DNA of 39,676 nucleotides from Candidatus Nomurabacteria bacterium (GTDB lineage Bacteria; Patescibacteriota; Minisyncoccia; Phycocordibacterales; UBA9973). Numbering within the stretch: position 1 is the first letter of the stretch; every line of letters begins with the position of its first letter. Position numbers and translations under genes: made by a program. The notes beneath the pieces are model-generated. The model made no database searches, was not told where the DNA came from, and saw nothing but the letters and a program-made list of their open reading frames with translations. Shown piece after piece: positions 9,802 through 17,463 of this stretch. The DNA is taken from positions 1 through 39,676 of the forward strand of contig JAHFNH010000006.1 of NCBI GenBank assembly GCA_023267435.1, written 5' to 3'.

Positions 9802-10317
9802 ATGAAAAAAAATTATAAATCAGGAATAGCTATAACTACTTTAATATTAATTATTGCAACAGTGGCGGTTGGCGGTCTTTATTTATTTAGTAAAAAACAA
9901 ACATCACAAGTTAAAGAAAATCAAAAGACAGTTTCTAATCAGAACTATGTAAAAAACAATAATATTATTCCAAATCCAAATAGTACCTCAAGTAAAAATA
10001 TTACTCTCGGTAAAGAATTTATTGCACATAAAGGAGAGAAATTTGTAGTTGATGGATCTTACGGAGATATCTTTGAGATAACTGATTTTTACAATGTAGG
10101 TCCTTGTCCTACTGGTGCAAATTGTTTTTTGATGAGTGGCCAAGCTGTCTTTTATCAAATAAAAACAGCAGATAGTCCTTATGGAAACAAAGGAAGATTA
10201 TATAATAGTCAACTAGAAGAGGATTTAAAAATTATGCCGTATTCAGTTTTTGTAAATGGTTCTGATTATGAAACATATGCCAGAATAGTTCTTCAAATAC
10301 AAGGCAAAAATCAATAA
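9802..10317 (+). CDS. Hypothetical exported protein with prepilin-like N-terminus
   Basis: KKNYKSG|IAITTLILIIATVAVGG, an N/S/Q-rich linker, and a C-terminal domain with CPTGANC. Confidence 0.75.
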   Translation: MKKNYKSGIAITTLILIIATVAVGGLYLFSKKQTSQVKENQKTVSNQNYVKNNNIIPNPNSTSSKNITLGKEFIAHKGEKFVVDGSYGDIFEITDFYNVGPCPTGANCFLMSGQAVFYQIKTADSPYGNKGRLYNSQLEEDLKIMPYSVFVNGSDYETYARIVLQIQGKNQ

Positions 10318-10326
10318 ACATTTTTG

Positions 10327-11250
10327 ATGGCAACGCTATACACTCAACAATCAAAAAATGTGACGAAGACTTGGTTTTTGATGACCTTGTTTTTGGTCGT
10401 GGTTATTTCTATCGGTTTTGTTTTTGCACAATATTACAGAAATTCAAATATTCTTTATTTTTTTATAATTTTTAGTGTTGGCATGAACATCGCGAGTTAT
10501 TGGTATTCCGACAAGATTACTCTCGCCGTGAATCACGCTCGTCCCGTAAAGAGGGAAGAAGACCGAGAACTTTGGAATATTGTTGAGAATCTTTCAATTA
10601 CTGCCGGTTTACCGATGCCGAAACTTTATATTATCGATGATCCATCACCTAATGCTTTCGCGACCGGTAGAGACAAAGAACACGCAGTCGTGTGTGTGAC
10701 TTCTGGAATTATGCAAATACTCGACAGGTCTGAACTCGAAGGTGTGATAGCGCACGAGCTTTCGCATATCGGTAACAGAGATATTTTACTTTCGACTGTC
10801 GTGGTTGTTCTTGTGGGTTTTGTTTCGCTTCTGGCGAATGTTTTTTTACGTTCGATGTTTTGGGGAGGAGGAAGAAACAGGGATGACAATAATAATAGTA
10901 ATGCAATATTTATGATTTTAGGAATTGTACTTTCAATTCTTGCACCGATTTTTGCGACACTCATCCAGCTCGCAATTTCCCGCAAGAGAGAATTTTTGGC
11001 TGATGCATCTGGTGCACTACTCACTCGTTATCCTGAAGGTTTAGCGAATGCATTAATAAAAATAGATAAATATTCTCAGCCGATGAAATATGCCAACCCA
11101 GCCACCGCACATCTTTTTATTGCAGATCCGTTTGCTTCGTCCCGCCGAAGCCTTGGCGAAGGGGGAGAGAGAATGGTAAAAAAAGCAACTAGCCTTTTCG
11201 CAACTCATCCTCCTGTAGAATTGAGAGTTAAAGCACTTTTGGGAAAGTAA
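10327..11250 (+). CDS. htpX: Zinc metalloprotease HtpX (M48)
   Basis: PNAFATGR, HELSH, SRKREFLADA, THPP. ATG at 10327 preferred over TTG at 10324. Confidence 0.94.
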   Translation: MATLYTQQSKNVTKTWFLMTLFLVVVISIGFVFAQYYRNSNILYFFIIFSVGMNIASYWYSDKITLAVNHARPVKREEDRELWNIVENLSITAGLPMPKLYIIDDPSPNAFATGRDKEHAVVCVTSGIMQILDRSELEGVIAHELSHIGNRDILLSTVVVVLVGFVSLLANVFLRSMFWGGGRNRDDNNNSNAIFMILGIVLSILAPIFATLIQLAISRKREFLADASGALLTRYPEGLANALIKIDKYSQPMKYANPATAHLFIADPFASSRRSLGEGGERMVKKATSLFATHPPVELRVKALLGK

Positions 11251-11275
11251 AATTTCCATTTTCCCTTTATTTTGC

Positions 11276-11319
11276 TATACCCCAACACCAATTTTGAATT
11301 AAATTGGTGTTGGGGTATA
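11276..11319. repeat. Perfect 19-bp inverted repeat at the gatC promoter
   Basis: TATACCCCAACACCAATTT-TGAATT-AAATTGGTGTTGGGGTATA. Confidence 0.85.
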
Positions 11320-11327
11320 CTTTCTTT

Positions 11328-11600
11328 ATGGAAATTAAGGATATAGAAAACCTAGCGGAATTGGCGAAAATTGAGCTCACAGACGCAGAAAAAGAGACTG
11401 TCTTAAAAGATTTAGACGGTGTTTTGGGTTATGTGAAGCAGATTGAGTCTGTGGAGGTGAGTGATATAACACCAGCCTATGCAAACAGAAATATTTCTCG
11501 CGAAGATGTACTTGAACCTCGAGAATTTTCCCGTGAAGAAATTATTTCACAGTTTCCAGATAGTCAGGATGGGTTTGTTAAGGTGAAAAAGATTTTATAA
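11328..11600 (+). CDS. gatC: Asp/Glu-tRNA amidotransferase subunit C
   Basis: IENLAELAKIEL, REDV, FVKVKKIL; upstream of gatA. ATG at 11328 preferred because the 11304 TTG lies inside the palindrome. Confidence 0.9.
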   Translation: MEIKDIENLAELAKIELTDAEKETVLKDLDGVLGYVKQIESVEVSDITPAYANRNISREDVLEPREFSREEIISQFPDSQDGFVKVKKIL

Positions 11601-11607
11601 TATGAAA

Positions 11608-11694
11608 TGCAAAATTTCTTAAAATTTTTGAGCCTTCGCCCTCGGAGTCATAGGACAGGGAACCCACGACTTTTAAAATTTTAAAAATTTTGCA
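11608..11694. repeat. MITE-like inverted-repeat element between gatC and gatA
   Basis: TGCAAAATTT(C)TTAAAATTTT ... AAAATTTTAAAAATTTTGCA enclosing a GC-richer core. Confidence 0.55.
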
Positions 11695-11703
11695 AACAAA
11701 AAA

Positions 11704-13116
11704 ATGGATATAAAAAATTTAACAATTACGAAAGCAGGAGAGATGATGAAAAAAGGAGAATTAACTTCTTTGGATTTAGTCTCAGCTTGTTTAAAAAATA
11801 TTGAAGAAAAAAATAAAGAATTAAATGTCTTCTTGGAAGTTTTTGGTGATGCATTAGATCAAGCTAAAAAAGCAGACGAGATCATTAAAGCAGGGAAGGG
11901 TGGAAAATTAACAGGTATACCAATAGCAATCAAAGACAATATTTTAATCATTGGCAAAAAAGTTAGTGCTGGTTCCAAGATGCTCGAGAATTATTCTGCG
12001 AGTTATGATGCTTTTGTAATTACAAAATTAAAAGCCGAAGGTGCCGTTTTAATCGGAAGAGTAAATATGGATGAATTCGCGATGGGCTCTTCGACAGAAA
12101 ATTCTGCTTATGGAGTAGTCAGAAATCCAATAGACCCGACTCGTGTTCCAGGAGGATCTTCGGGTGGCTCCGCTGCGGCAGTCGCAGCTGGTATGTGTTT
12201 AGGTGCTCTAGGAAGCGATACAGGAGGCTCTATTCGCCAACCAGCGAGCTTTTGTGGACTTGTCGGTATGAAGCCGACATATGGCGCAGTTTCTCGTTCT
12301 GGACTCATTGCTATGTCTTCTAGCTTGGATCAAATTGGTCCGATCACAAAGACTTCCGAAGATGCTCAAATTATTTTTAATGCGATAGTTGGTAAAGATA
12401 AAATGGATGCAACATCTATTGAATTAACTCCCCACCTTAATAAGGAGGGGGTTGGGGGTGGTAAAAAAATCGGTGTGCCACGAGGATGGCTCAAAGAAGG
12501 AGTAGATACAGAAATTCTGAAAAACTTTGAAGAGTCACTAGAAAAATTAAAAAATAAAGGTTACGAAATAGTAGATATTGATTTACCTTATTCGAAATTC
12601 TCTTTGGCTGTTTATTATATTCTGATGCCAGCAGAAGTTTCTACAAACCTATCGCGTCTCGATGGTGTGCGTTATGGATTGCGAGTAGAAGGGAAGGATG
12701 TGGCTGATACATACAAAAAAAGCCGTTCCGCTGGTTTTGGTATTGAAACTCGCCGAAGAATTATTTTAGGTACTTATGTTTTGTCACACGGATATTATGA
12801 TGCTTACTACAACAAAGCTTGGAAAGTGCGCCACGCTATCGAAAAAGAATTTGAAGATATTTTCAAAAAAGTTAATTTCATTGCAACGCCGACGACACCG
12901 ACACCCGCTTTTAAATTTGGAGAAAAGAAAGATCCTTTGCAAATGTATTTGTCAGATATTTTCACCGTGCCAGCCAACATTGCCGGAGTGCCGGGTATCT
13001 CTGTGCCGAGTGGATTTTCTAAAGAAGGCTTGCCACTAGGTGTTCAATTTATGGCTCCTTGGTCAGTTGATCAATCATTATTTGCTATCGGGCAAGATTT
13101 AGGAGAAAATATATAG
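11704..13116 (+). CDS. gatA: Asp/Glu-tRNA amidotransferase subunit A
   Basis: Amidase signature GIPIAIKDN, NMDEFAMGSSTENS, PGGSSGGS, GSDTGGSIRQPA; RRIILGTYVLS.GYYDAYY. Confidence 0.97.
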   Translation: MDIKNLTITKAGEMMKKGELTSLDLVSACLKNIEEKNKELNVFLEVFGDALDQAKKADEIIKAGKGGKLTGIPIAIKDNILIIGKKVSAGSKMLENYSASYDAFVITKLKAEGAVLIGRVNMDEFAMGSSTENSAYGVVRNPIDPTRVPGGSSGGSAAAVAAGMCLGALGSDTGGSIRQPASFCGLVGMKPTYGAVSRSGLIAMSSSLDQIGPITKTSEDAQIIFNAIVGKDKMDATSIELTPHLNKEGVGGGKKIGVPRGWLKEGVDTEILKNFEESLEKLKNKGYEIVDIDLPYSKFSLAVYYILMPAEVSTNLSRLDGVRYGLRVEGKDVADTYKKSRSAGFGIETRRRIILGTYVLSHGYYDAYYNKAWKVRHAIEKEFEDIFKKVNFIATPTTPTPAFKFGEKKDPLQMYLSDIFTVPANIAGVPGISVPSGFSKEGLPLGVQFMAPWSVDQSLFAIGQDLGENI

Positions 13117-13119
13117 TAT

Positions 13120-13764
13120 ATGGATCTATTAAAATATTTAAATCCTAATTCTACTTCTGGCCAACCTCCTTTTAGTCCGACATTTCTTAACCTTGAATAT
13201 ATATTCAATCAGATTTTGCATTTTTTCCAAAGTTTATTTGGCGGTTTTATTTCTGACAGCTTCCTTCTTTTTTTGAAACTTTTTTTCGCTCTTTTAGCTA
13301 TTTTTTTCATCATCATTATCGGCTATTCTCTTTCCAGAATAATGGAAATACAAAAAAAAGAGAAAGAGCATTTAGAACATGAAATAGCCGAGTATGCTCA
13401 TAAACACGCTGAGAAAGAAAAAACTGGAGGAGAGGGAACTGACAGACCTAGAAATGAGCGCTGGGTGAATGTTTTGAAATATCTTTCATCAATTAATTCG
13501 AGCGACTGGAAGCTGGCAGTTATGGAAGCTGATTCGATGCTTGAAAATTTAACTGATCAGATTGAATTACAGGGAGACAATTTGGGCGAGCGTTTAAAGG
13601 CAGCCGATAAGGAAAAATTTAAATCTTTAGACGATGCTTGGGAGGCGCACATTGTCCGCAATAAAATAGCTCACGGAGGATTGAGCTATGACTTGACTCA
13701 ACATGAAGCAAATAGGGTGGTAGTCCTATACGAAAACGTATTTCGAGAATTTGGTTATATATAG
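13120..13764 (+). CDS. Conserved hypothetical membrane protein
   Basis: One TM followed by a helical domain 'WKLAVMEADSML...LGERLK...AWEAH.VRNKIAH'. Confidence 0.75.
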   Translation: MDLLKYLNPNSTSGQPPFSPTFLNLEYIFNQILHFFQSLFGGFISDSFLLFLKLFFALLAIFFIIIIGYSLSRIMEIQKKEKEHLEHEIAEYAHKHAEKEKTGGEGTDRPRNERWVNVLKYLSSINSSDWKLAVMEADSMLENLTDQIELQGDNLGERLKAADKEKFKSLDDAWEAHIVRNKIAHGGLSYDLTQHEANRVVVLYENVFREFGYI

Positions 13765-13816
13765 TTTACTTTTTTAAAATTTCAGGTATACTATTTTAGT
13801 GCTAAAAGCTATCTAT

Positions 13817-13887
13817 AGCGGGATAGAGAAGAGGCATCTCGCAAGGCTCATAACCTTGAGACGGCCGTTCGATTCGGCCTCCCGCAA
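13817..13887 (+). tRNA. tRNA-fMet (CAT), initiator
   Basis: Mismatched 1:72 pair (A:A), GCGGGA/TCCCGC stem, CAAGG-CTCATAA-CCTTG anticodon arm, GGCCG-TTCGATT-CGGCC T arm. CCA not encoded. Confidence 0.88.
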
Positions 13888-13990
13888 CAAGCAAGTGCTA
13901 AAAACGACGGCTCTGCCTTAGGCATCGCAACGTCGTCATGCTTTACTCGGTGGTAACGCTCTCGACAAAAAGCAAAGCAGTTTGCTTTTT

Positions 13991-14064
13991 GTCGGCGTAG
14001 CTCAGACGGTTAGAGCGTGGGACTCATAAGCCCAAGGTCGGAGGTTCGATTCCTCCCGCCGACA
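13991..14064 (+). tRNA. tRNA-Met (CAT), probably elongator (Ile2 not excluded)
   Basis: GTCGGCG/CGCCGAC acceptor, TAGCTCAG..GGTTAGAGC D arm, CTCATAA loop, GGAGG-TTCGATT-CCTCC T arm. Confidence 0.88.
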
Positions 14065-14108
14065 CAACAAATTGGAAGATTTTTCCATTTGTGGTAGATT
14101 ATATCAAT

Positions 14109-14180
14109 GCGACTGTAGCTCAACGGTAGAGCACCCGCCTGTCACGTGGGAGGCCGTGGGGTCAGCACCCATCAGTCGCG
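14109..14180 (+). tRNA. tRNA-Asp (GTC) with atypical T loop
   Basis: GCGACTG/CAGTCGC acceptor, G73 discriminator, CCCGC-CTGTCAC-GTGGG anticodon arm, GTGGG-GTCAGCA-CCCAT T arm. Confidence 0.85.
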
Positions 14181-14183
14181 CAG

Positions 14184-14217
14184 AATAAAAAAACACTCGA
14201 AAGAGTGTTTTTTTATT
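14184..14217 (+). terminator. Intrinsic terminator of the tRNA cluster
   Basis: AATAAAAAAACACTC-GAAA-GAGTGTTTTTTTATT. Confidence 0.8.
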
Positions 14218-14361
14218 GCGACTGAAGAAATATCTGTGAGATATTTCGTTGGGTGCTGACGGTCGGAACGATGTTTTGTCAGCAGACAAAACCGTGAGAC
14301 GGGGTCGCGAAATTTTCGAGCGACGGCGAGAAAATATTTGTGACCTAGCCCATCAGTCGCG
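14218..14361. repeat. tRNA-Asp-linked palindromic element bounded by inverted and direct copies of the tRNA 3' end
   Basis: GCGACTGA (14218-14225) plus TGGGTGCTGAC (14250-14260) are the reverse complement of tRNA nt 14161-14179. CCCATCAGTCGCG (14349-14361) is a direct copy of 14168-14180. Confidence 0.75.
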
Positions 14362-14391
14362 TCAATTCTATATACTTGTTATAATAAAAAC

Positions 14392-14823
14392 ATGGAAGAT
14401 GAAAAATTTGTTATAAAAGCTAGGGCAGTTATTCTACATGAAGGGAAACTTTTAGCAGTACAACATCCGCATGATGCTAGTTTTGTGGCGCTTCCGGGAG
14501 GAAAATTGGAATGGGGAGAAGATATAAAAGGATGTCTGTCTAGAGAGATGATTGAAGAACTTGGAGTGAAGCCAGACATAGGTAGGTTGTTTTATATAAA
14601 CAATTATACCCAATCTGATGGTAAACAATATGTGGAATTCTTCTTTGAAGTAAAAAATGGTGCAGATTATTTAGATACTGAAAAACTTGCTCGTTCTCAT
14701 GCTCATGAAATTGCAAAAATAGTTTGGGTAAGTCCCAGTGATGATTTTAATATGCTTCCAAAAACTTTTGCTGAAGACTTTAAAGCAGGGAAGGTGGTTT
14801 CAGACGAGGTTATATTTATTTAG
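14392..14823 (+). CDS. NUDIX hydrolase
   Basis: Nudix box LPGGKLEWGEDIKGCLSREMIEELGV. Confidence 0.9.
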   Translation: MEDEKFVIKARAVILHEGKLLAVQHPHDASFVALPGGKLEWGEDIKGCLSREMIEELGVKPDIGRLFYINNYTQSDGKQYVEFFFEVKNGADYLDTEKLARSHAHEIAKIVWVSPSDDFNMLPKTFAEDFKAGKVVSDEVIFI

Positions 14824-15226
14824 TCTTACACTTCTCACACTTACATCCAATAGGTTTGATATGTTCATCAAAGTATTCTTTTCCGTAGTCGAAGGTTAAT
14901 TCTTCACCATTTTTTATATTTTTTTTGGCCATATAAAATACTCGTCCTTGCCATATTTCTGGTTCGACATTTGGCCGGCAAGAATGGTTTACATAACGAG
15001 CAGTATTTGATCGTATTGCGCCATCGATGGTTCTTCTGGAATTTATTTCAAAAAGATATTTACTATTGCTTTTGTATTCTTCTTCTTTAGATATTGTCCT
15101 GCCGAAATATTCTATAATACAGGTTCCTTTTTTTATGTCTTCCATTGCGAAAAGTCCCAAGCCCGCACTAGAACGCTTAGCTTTTACTTTACAGTCACTT
15201 ATTTTGTACTTATCTTTTTTTATCAT
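14816..15226 (-). CDS. SET-domain protein (putative lysine methyltransferase) with post-SET cysteines
   Basis: GLGLFA, IIEYFG, ARYVNHSCRPN, GEELTFDYG, C-terminal GCKCEKC. Confidence 0.92.
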   Translation of the reverse strand: MIKKDKYKISDCKVKAKRSSAGLGLFAMEDIKKGTCIIEYFGRTISKEEEYKSNSKYLFEINSRRTIDGAIRSNTARYVNHSCRPNVEPEIWQGRVFYMAKKNIKNGEELTFDYGKEYFDEHIKPIGCKCEKCKTK

Positions 15227-15314
15227 GAGTGCTTTCGATTATACATTGTTTATTAAAAATATAAAAACATTAAACCCTTTTATATTTTTTGTATTTGTGT
15301 TATTGTGAAAATAC

Positions 15315-16010
15315 ATGCCAGACAAGCAGAAAAAAAATATATGCTTCTTTATTCTTCCGGGATTCAACCCGGATTCTAATTCTGTGGGTGGTATAAAGCA
15401 GGCGCTTGAATCTCTGGGCTATCCGGCTTTTTCAGCAAATTTTTGGGGTAATAATGAAAAGAAAGATTTTTCTAAATTGACGATAGAAGAATGCAGAATT
15501 GGAATTAAAGAAGAAATAGAAAAACTTTCAAAAAATTATGAATATATTATCGGTATTGGTATAAGCCTAGGGGGAGCGCTTCTGCTTGATTATGCGAAAA
15601 ATGAAGATGGGCTTTATTGTGTGGTTAGCGTGGGCACTCCTTTTAAATTAAGATATGAACTTTCTATTAAATTTGGATTGATTATTTTACCATTATTGAG
15701 ATTGTTCTATAAATTAACAAACAGAAAATCTAAATGGGTTGCTTCTGGGAAGGTTGTGCGTTATTTAACGAGAGATTTTATTCAAGATGTCGACCGAGTA
15801 CGTACGAGAGTTTTGTTGTTACACAGTACTTTTGATTTCGTGGCAGAGCGCGAAGTTGTCGATGAATTTTTAAATATGATGTCAAGCACTGATAAGCAAG
15901 TCGTATATATAAAAGATACAGATCATGTTATCAATTATGATAGTGAGATCATTCTCCCAGCTATGTTTGATTTCTTAAGCTTACCTGGTGACAACCTAGA
16001 TGTTATTTAA
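15315..16010 (+). CDS. Alpha/beta hydrolase (carboxylesterase/lysophospholipase-like)
   Basis: GISLGG nucleophile elbow, candidate catalytic Asp (HSTFD) and His (TDH). Confidence 0.8.
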   Translation: MPDKQKKNICFFILPGFNPDSNSVGGIKQALESLGYPAFSANFWGNNEKKDFSKLTIEECRIGIKEEIEKLSKNYEYIIGIGISLGGALLLDYAKNEDGLYCVVSVGTPFKLRYELSIKFGLIILPLLRLFYKLTNRKSKWVASGKVVRYLTRDFIQDVDRVRTRVLLLHSTFDFVAEREVVDEFLNMMSSTDKQVVYIKDTDHVINYDSEIILPAMFDFLSLPGDNLDVI

Positions 16011-16011
16011 T

Positions 16012-16725
16012 TTATTTTTTACTCTTGGTTCTTGAGAAGAAAATTACTTTTAAAAAATGAAATAAATAAAGTACACTGATCTTGAAAGTACCTTCAGCTT
16101 TAAATCTGCGGGCAGAAGTTTTCATTGTGAATGATTTATTGAAAACAACTTCTCCTTTTTTTGAAACTCTTTTTGCTGTATCTGTGTCTTCTCCATAAAA
16201 AAGAATATCCGTATTGTATCCGCCAATTTCATTTAACACACTAGCTCTGATCATATTATTTCCTCCGATCAAGATTGCTCCACGTTTCGTAGTGTTCATT
16301 GTTTTATTTGCCCAAGAGTAAATATTTTTTTGAATAAAGAGGGAGAAACTCCTGAAGAAAGGGGAGCCATCAAAATAATCATAAGGGCCAGTGACTGCGA
16401 CAGTTTCCTTATCTTTAAAAGATTCTACTCCTTTTTTTATCCAATCTTTTTCTGGCAAGCAGTCAGCATCCATATTAGCAATAATTTCTCCAGTGGCATT
16501 CTTTCGTCCACATTCTCTCGCATATAATAGTCCCTTTTTCCCTTCATATGCCAATTTTACTGGAAAGTTTTTAGCCACTTCTTCTGTTTTATCAGTACTA
16601 GCATTATTAACGACAATAACTTCGAAATTTTTATAATCTAAGGCACAGACAGCTTTAAGTGTGTCTGCTAGATATTTTTCTTCATTATGAGCCGGTATAA
16701 CAATACTAACTTTTAGTTCTTTCAT
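16012..16725 (-). CDS. Glycosyltransferase family 2
   Basis: SIVIPAHNEE, VVNNASTDKT, DAD, GEDTD, TSARR. Confidence 0.9.
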   Translation of the reverse strand: MKELKVSIVIPAHNEEKYLADTLKAVCALDYKNFEVIVVNNASTDKTEEVAKNFPVKLAYEGKKGLLYARECGRKNATGEIIANMDADCLPEKDWIKKGVESFKDKETVAVTGPYDYFDGSPFFRSFSLFIQKNIYSWANKTMNTTKRGAILIGGNNMIRASVLNEIGGYNTDILFYGEDTDTAKRVSKKGEVVFNKSFTMKTSARRFKAEGTFKISVLYLFHFLKVIFFSRTKSKK

Positions 16726-16740
16726 ATTTTTTTTAAATAA

Positions 16741-17430
16741 TTACTTTATACGCAATTTACGCATTTTAATAAACTGATTAATGAGTTCAAAAATAGATGC
16801 TGTAGTTAAAATATTAAAGAACATAGTAATGTCTTTTTTCATTCCAGTAATTATTCCATATTTTTTTGATTTTAATGGACTACGAACATTGTCCCAAAAA
16901 ACTATTTTTATTCGGCATTTATTTTTTATTAATATTCTATTTAAAAAAGTTTCTAGACCAAAACCCGGTAGGTGAGACATTTCTTCTAGATTATTTTTAA
17001 TTAAATCTTTTTTAAAGGCCCTTTCACCAGAAAAAAAATCAAATCCAGTTATTTGATAAAATTTATCCATTGTCGGACTGATTTTTCTGACACTCATGGC
17101 GATATCTGTTTTATTTGAAATAACAGGTTCGATAAGGTTCGTAATATTTTCTGCAGTTAAACCGATAAGATCAGCATCGATGAGACAAAGAATATCACCA
17201 GTTGATTCTTTGATACCTCTGACGATAGTAGCACTTTTACCTTTATTTTTTTCATTATTAATAAGGCGAACATTTTTAAATTTCGCAACCACTTCAGCAG
17301 TATTGTCAGTCGAACAATCATTTATTACTATTACTTCGTTTATTAATGGGTGACCACAAATAACTTCGAGAACGCTTGCGATTCTAGCTCCTTCATTATA
17401 TGCTGGGATTAGGCACGAAACTTTATTCAT
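16741..17430 (-). CDS. Glycosyltransferase family 2 (polyprenyl-phosphate/GPG-synthase-like)
   Basis: LIPAYNEG, INDCSTDNT, NKGKS, DADL, FSGERA, FGLE. Confidence 0.88.
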   Translation of the reverse strand: MNKVSCLIPAYNEGARIASVLEVICGHPLINEVIVINDCSTDNTAEVVAKFKNVRLINNEKNKGKSATIVRGIKESTGDILCLIDADLIGLTAENITNLIEPVISNKTDIAMSVRKISPTMDKFYQITGFDFFSGERAFKKDLIKNNLEEMSHLPGFGLETFLNRILIKNKCRIKIVFWDNVRSPLKSKKYGIITGMKKDITMFFNILTTASIFELINQFIKMRKLRIK

Positions 17431-17463
17431 CTTATTATCTTACTATAAAAACACAAAAATCCC

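Noticed and set aside
11328-13116. Missing gatB as an anomaly
   Set aside because: gatB is often unlinked, and its absence cannot be judged from one window.
14104-14289. 61-aa minus-strand ORF
   Set aside because: Antisense to tRNA-Asp and its terminator.
14181-14361. Prophage or genomic island with attL/attR at tRNA-Asp
   Set aside because: Only about 170 bp lie between the direct copies, with no integrase or cargo. Reported instead as a mini-element.
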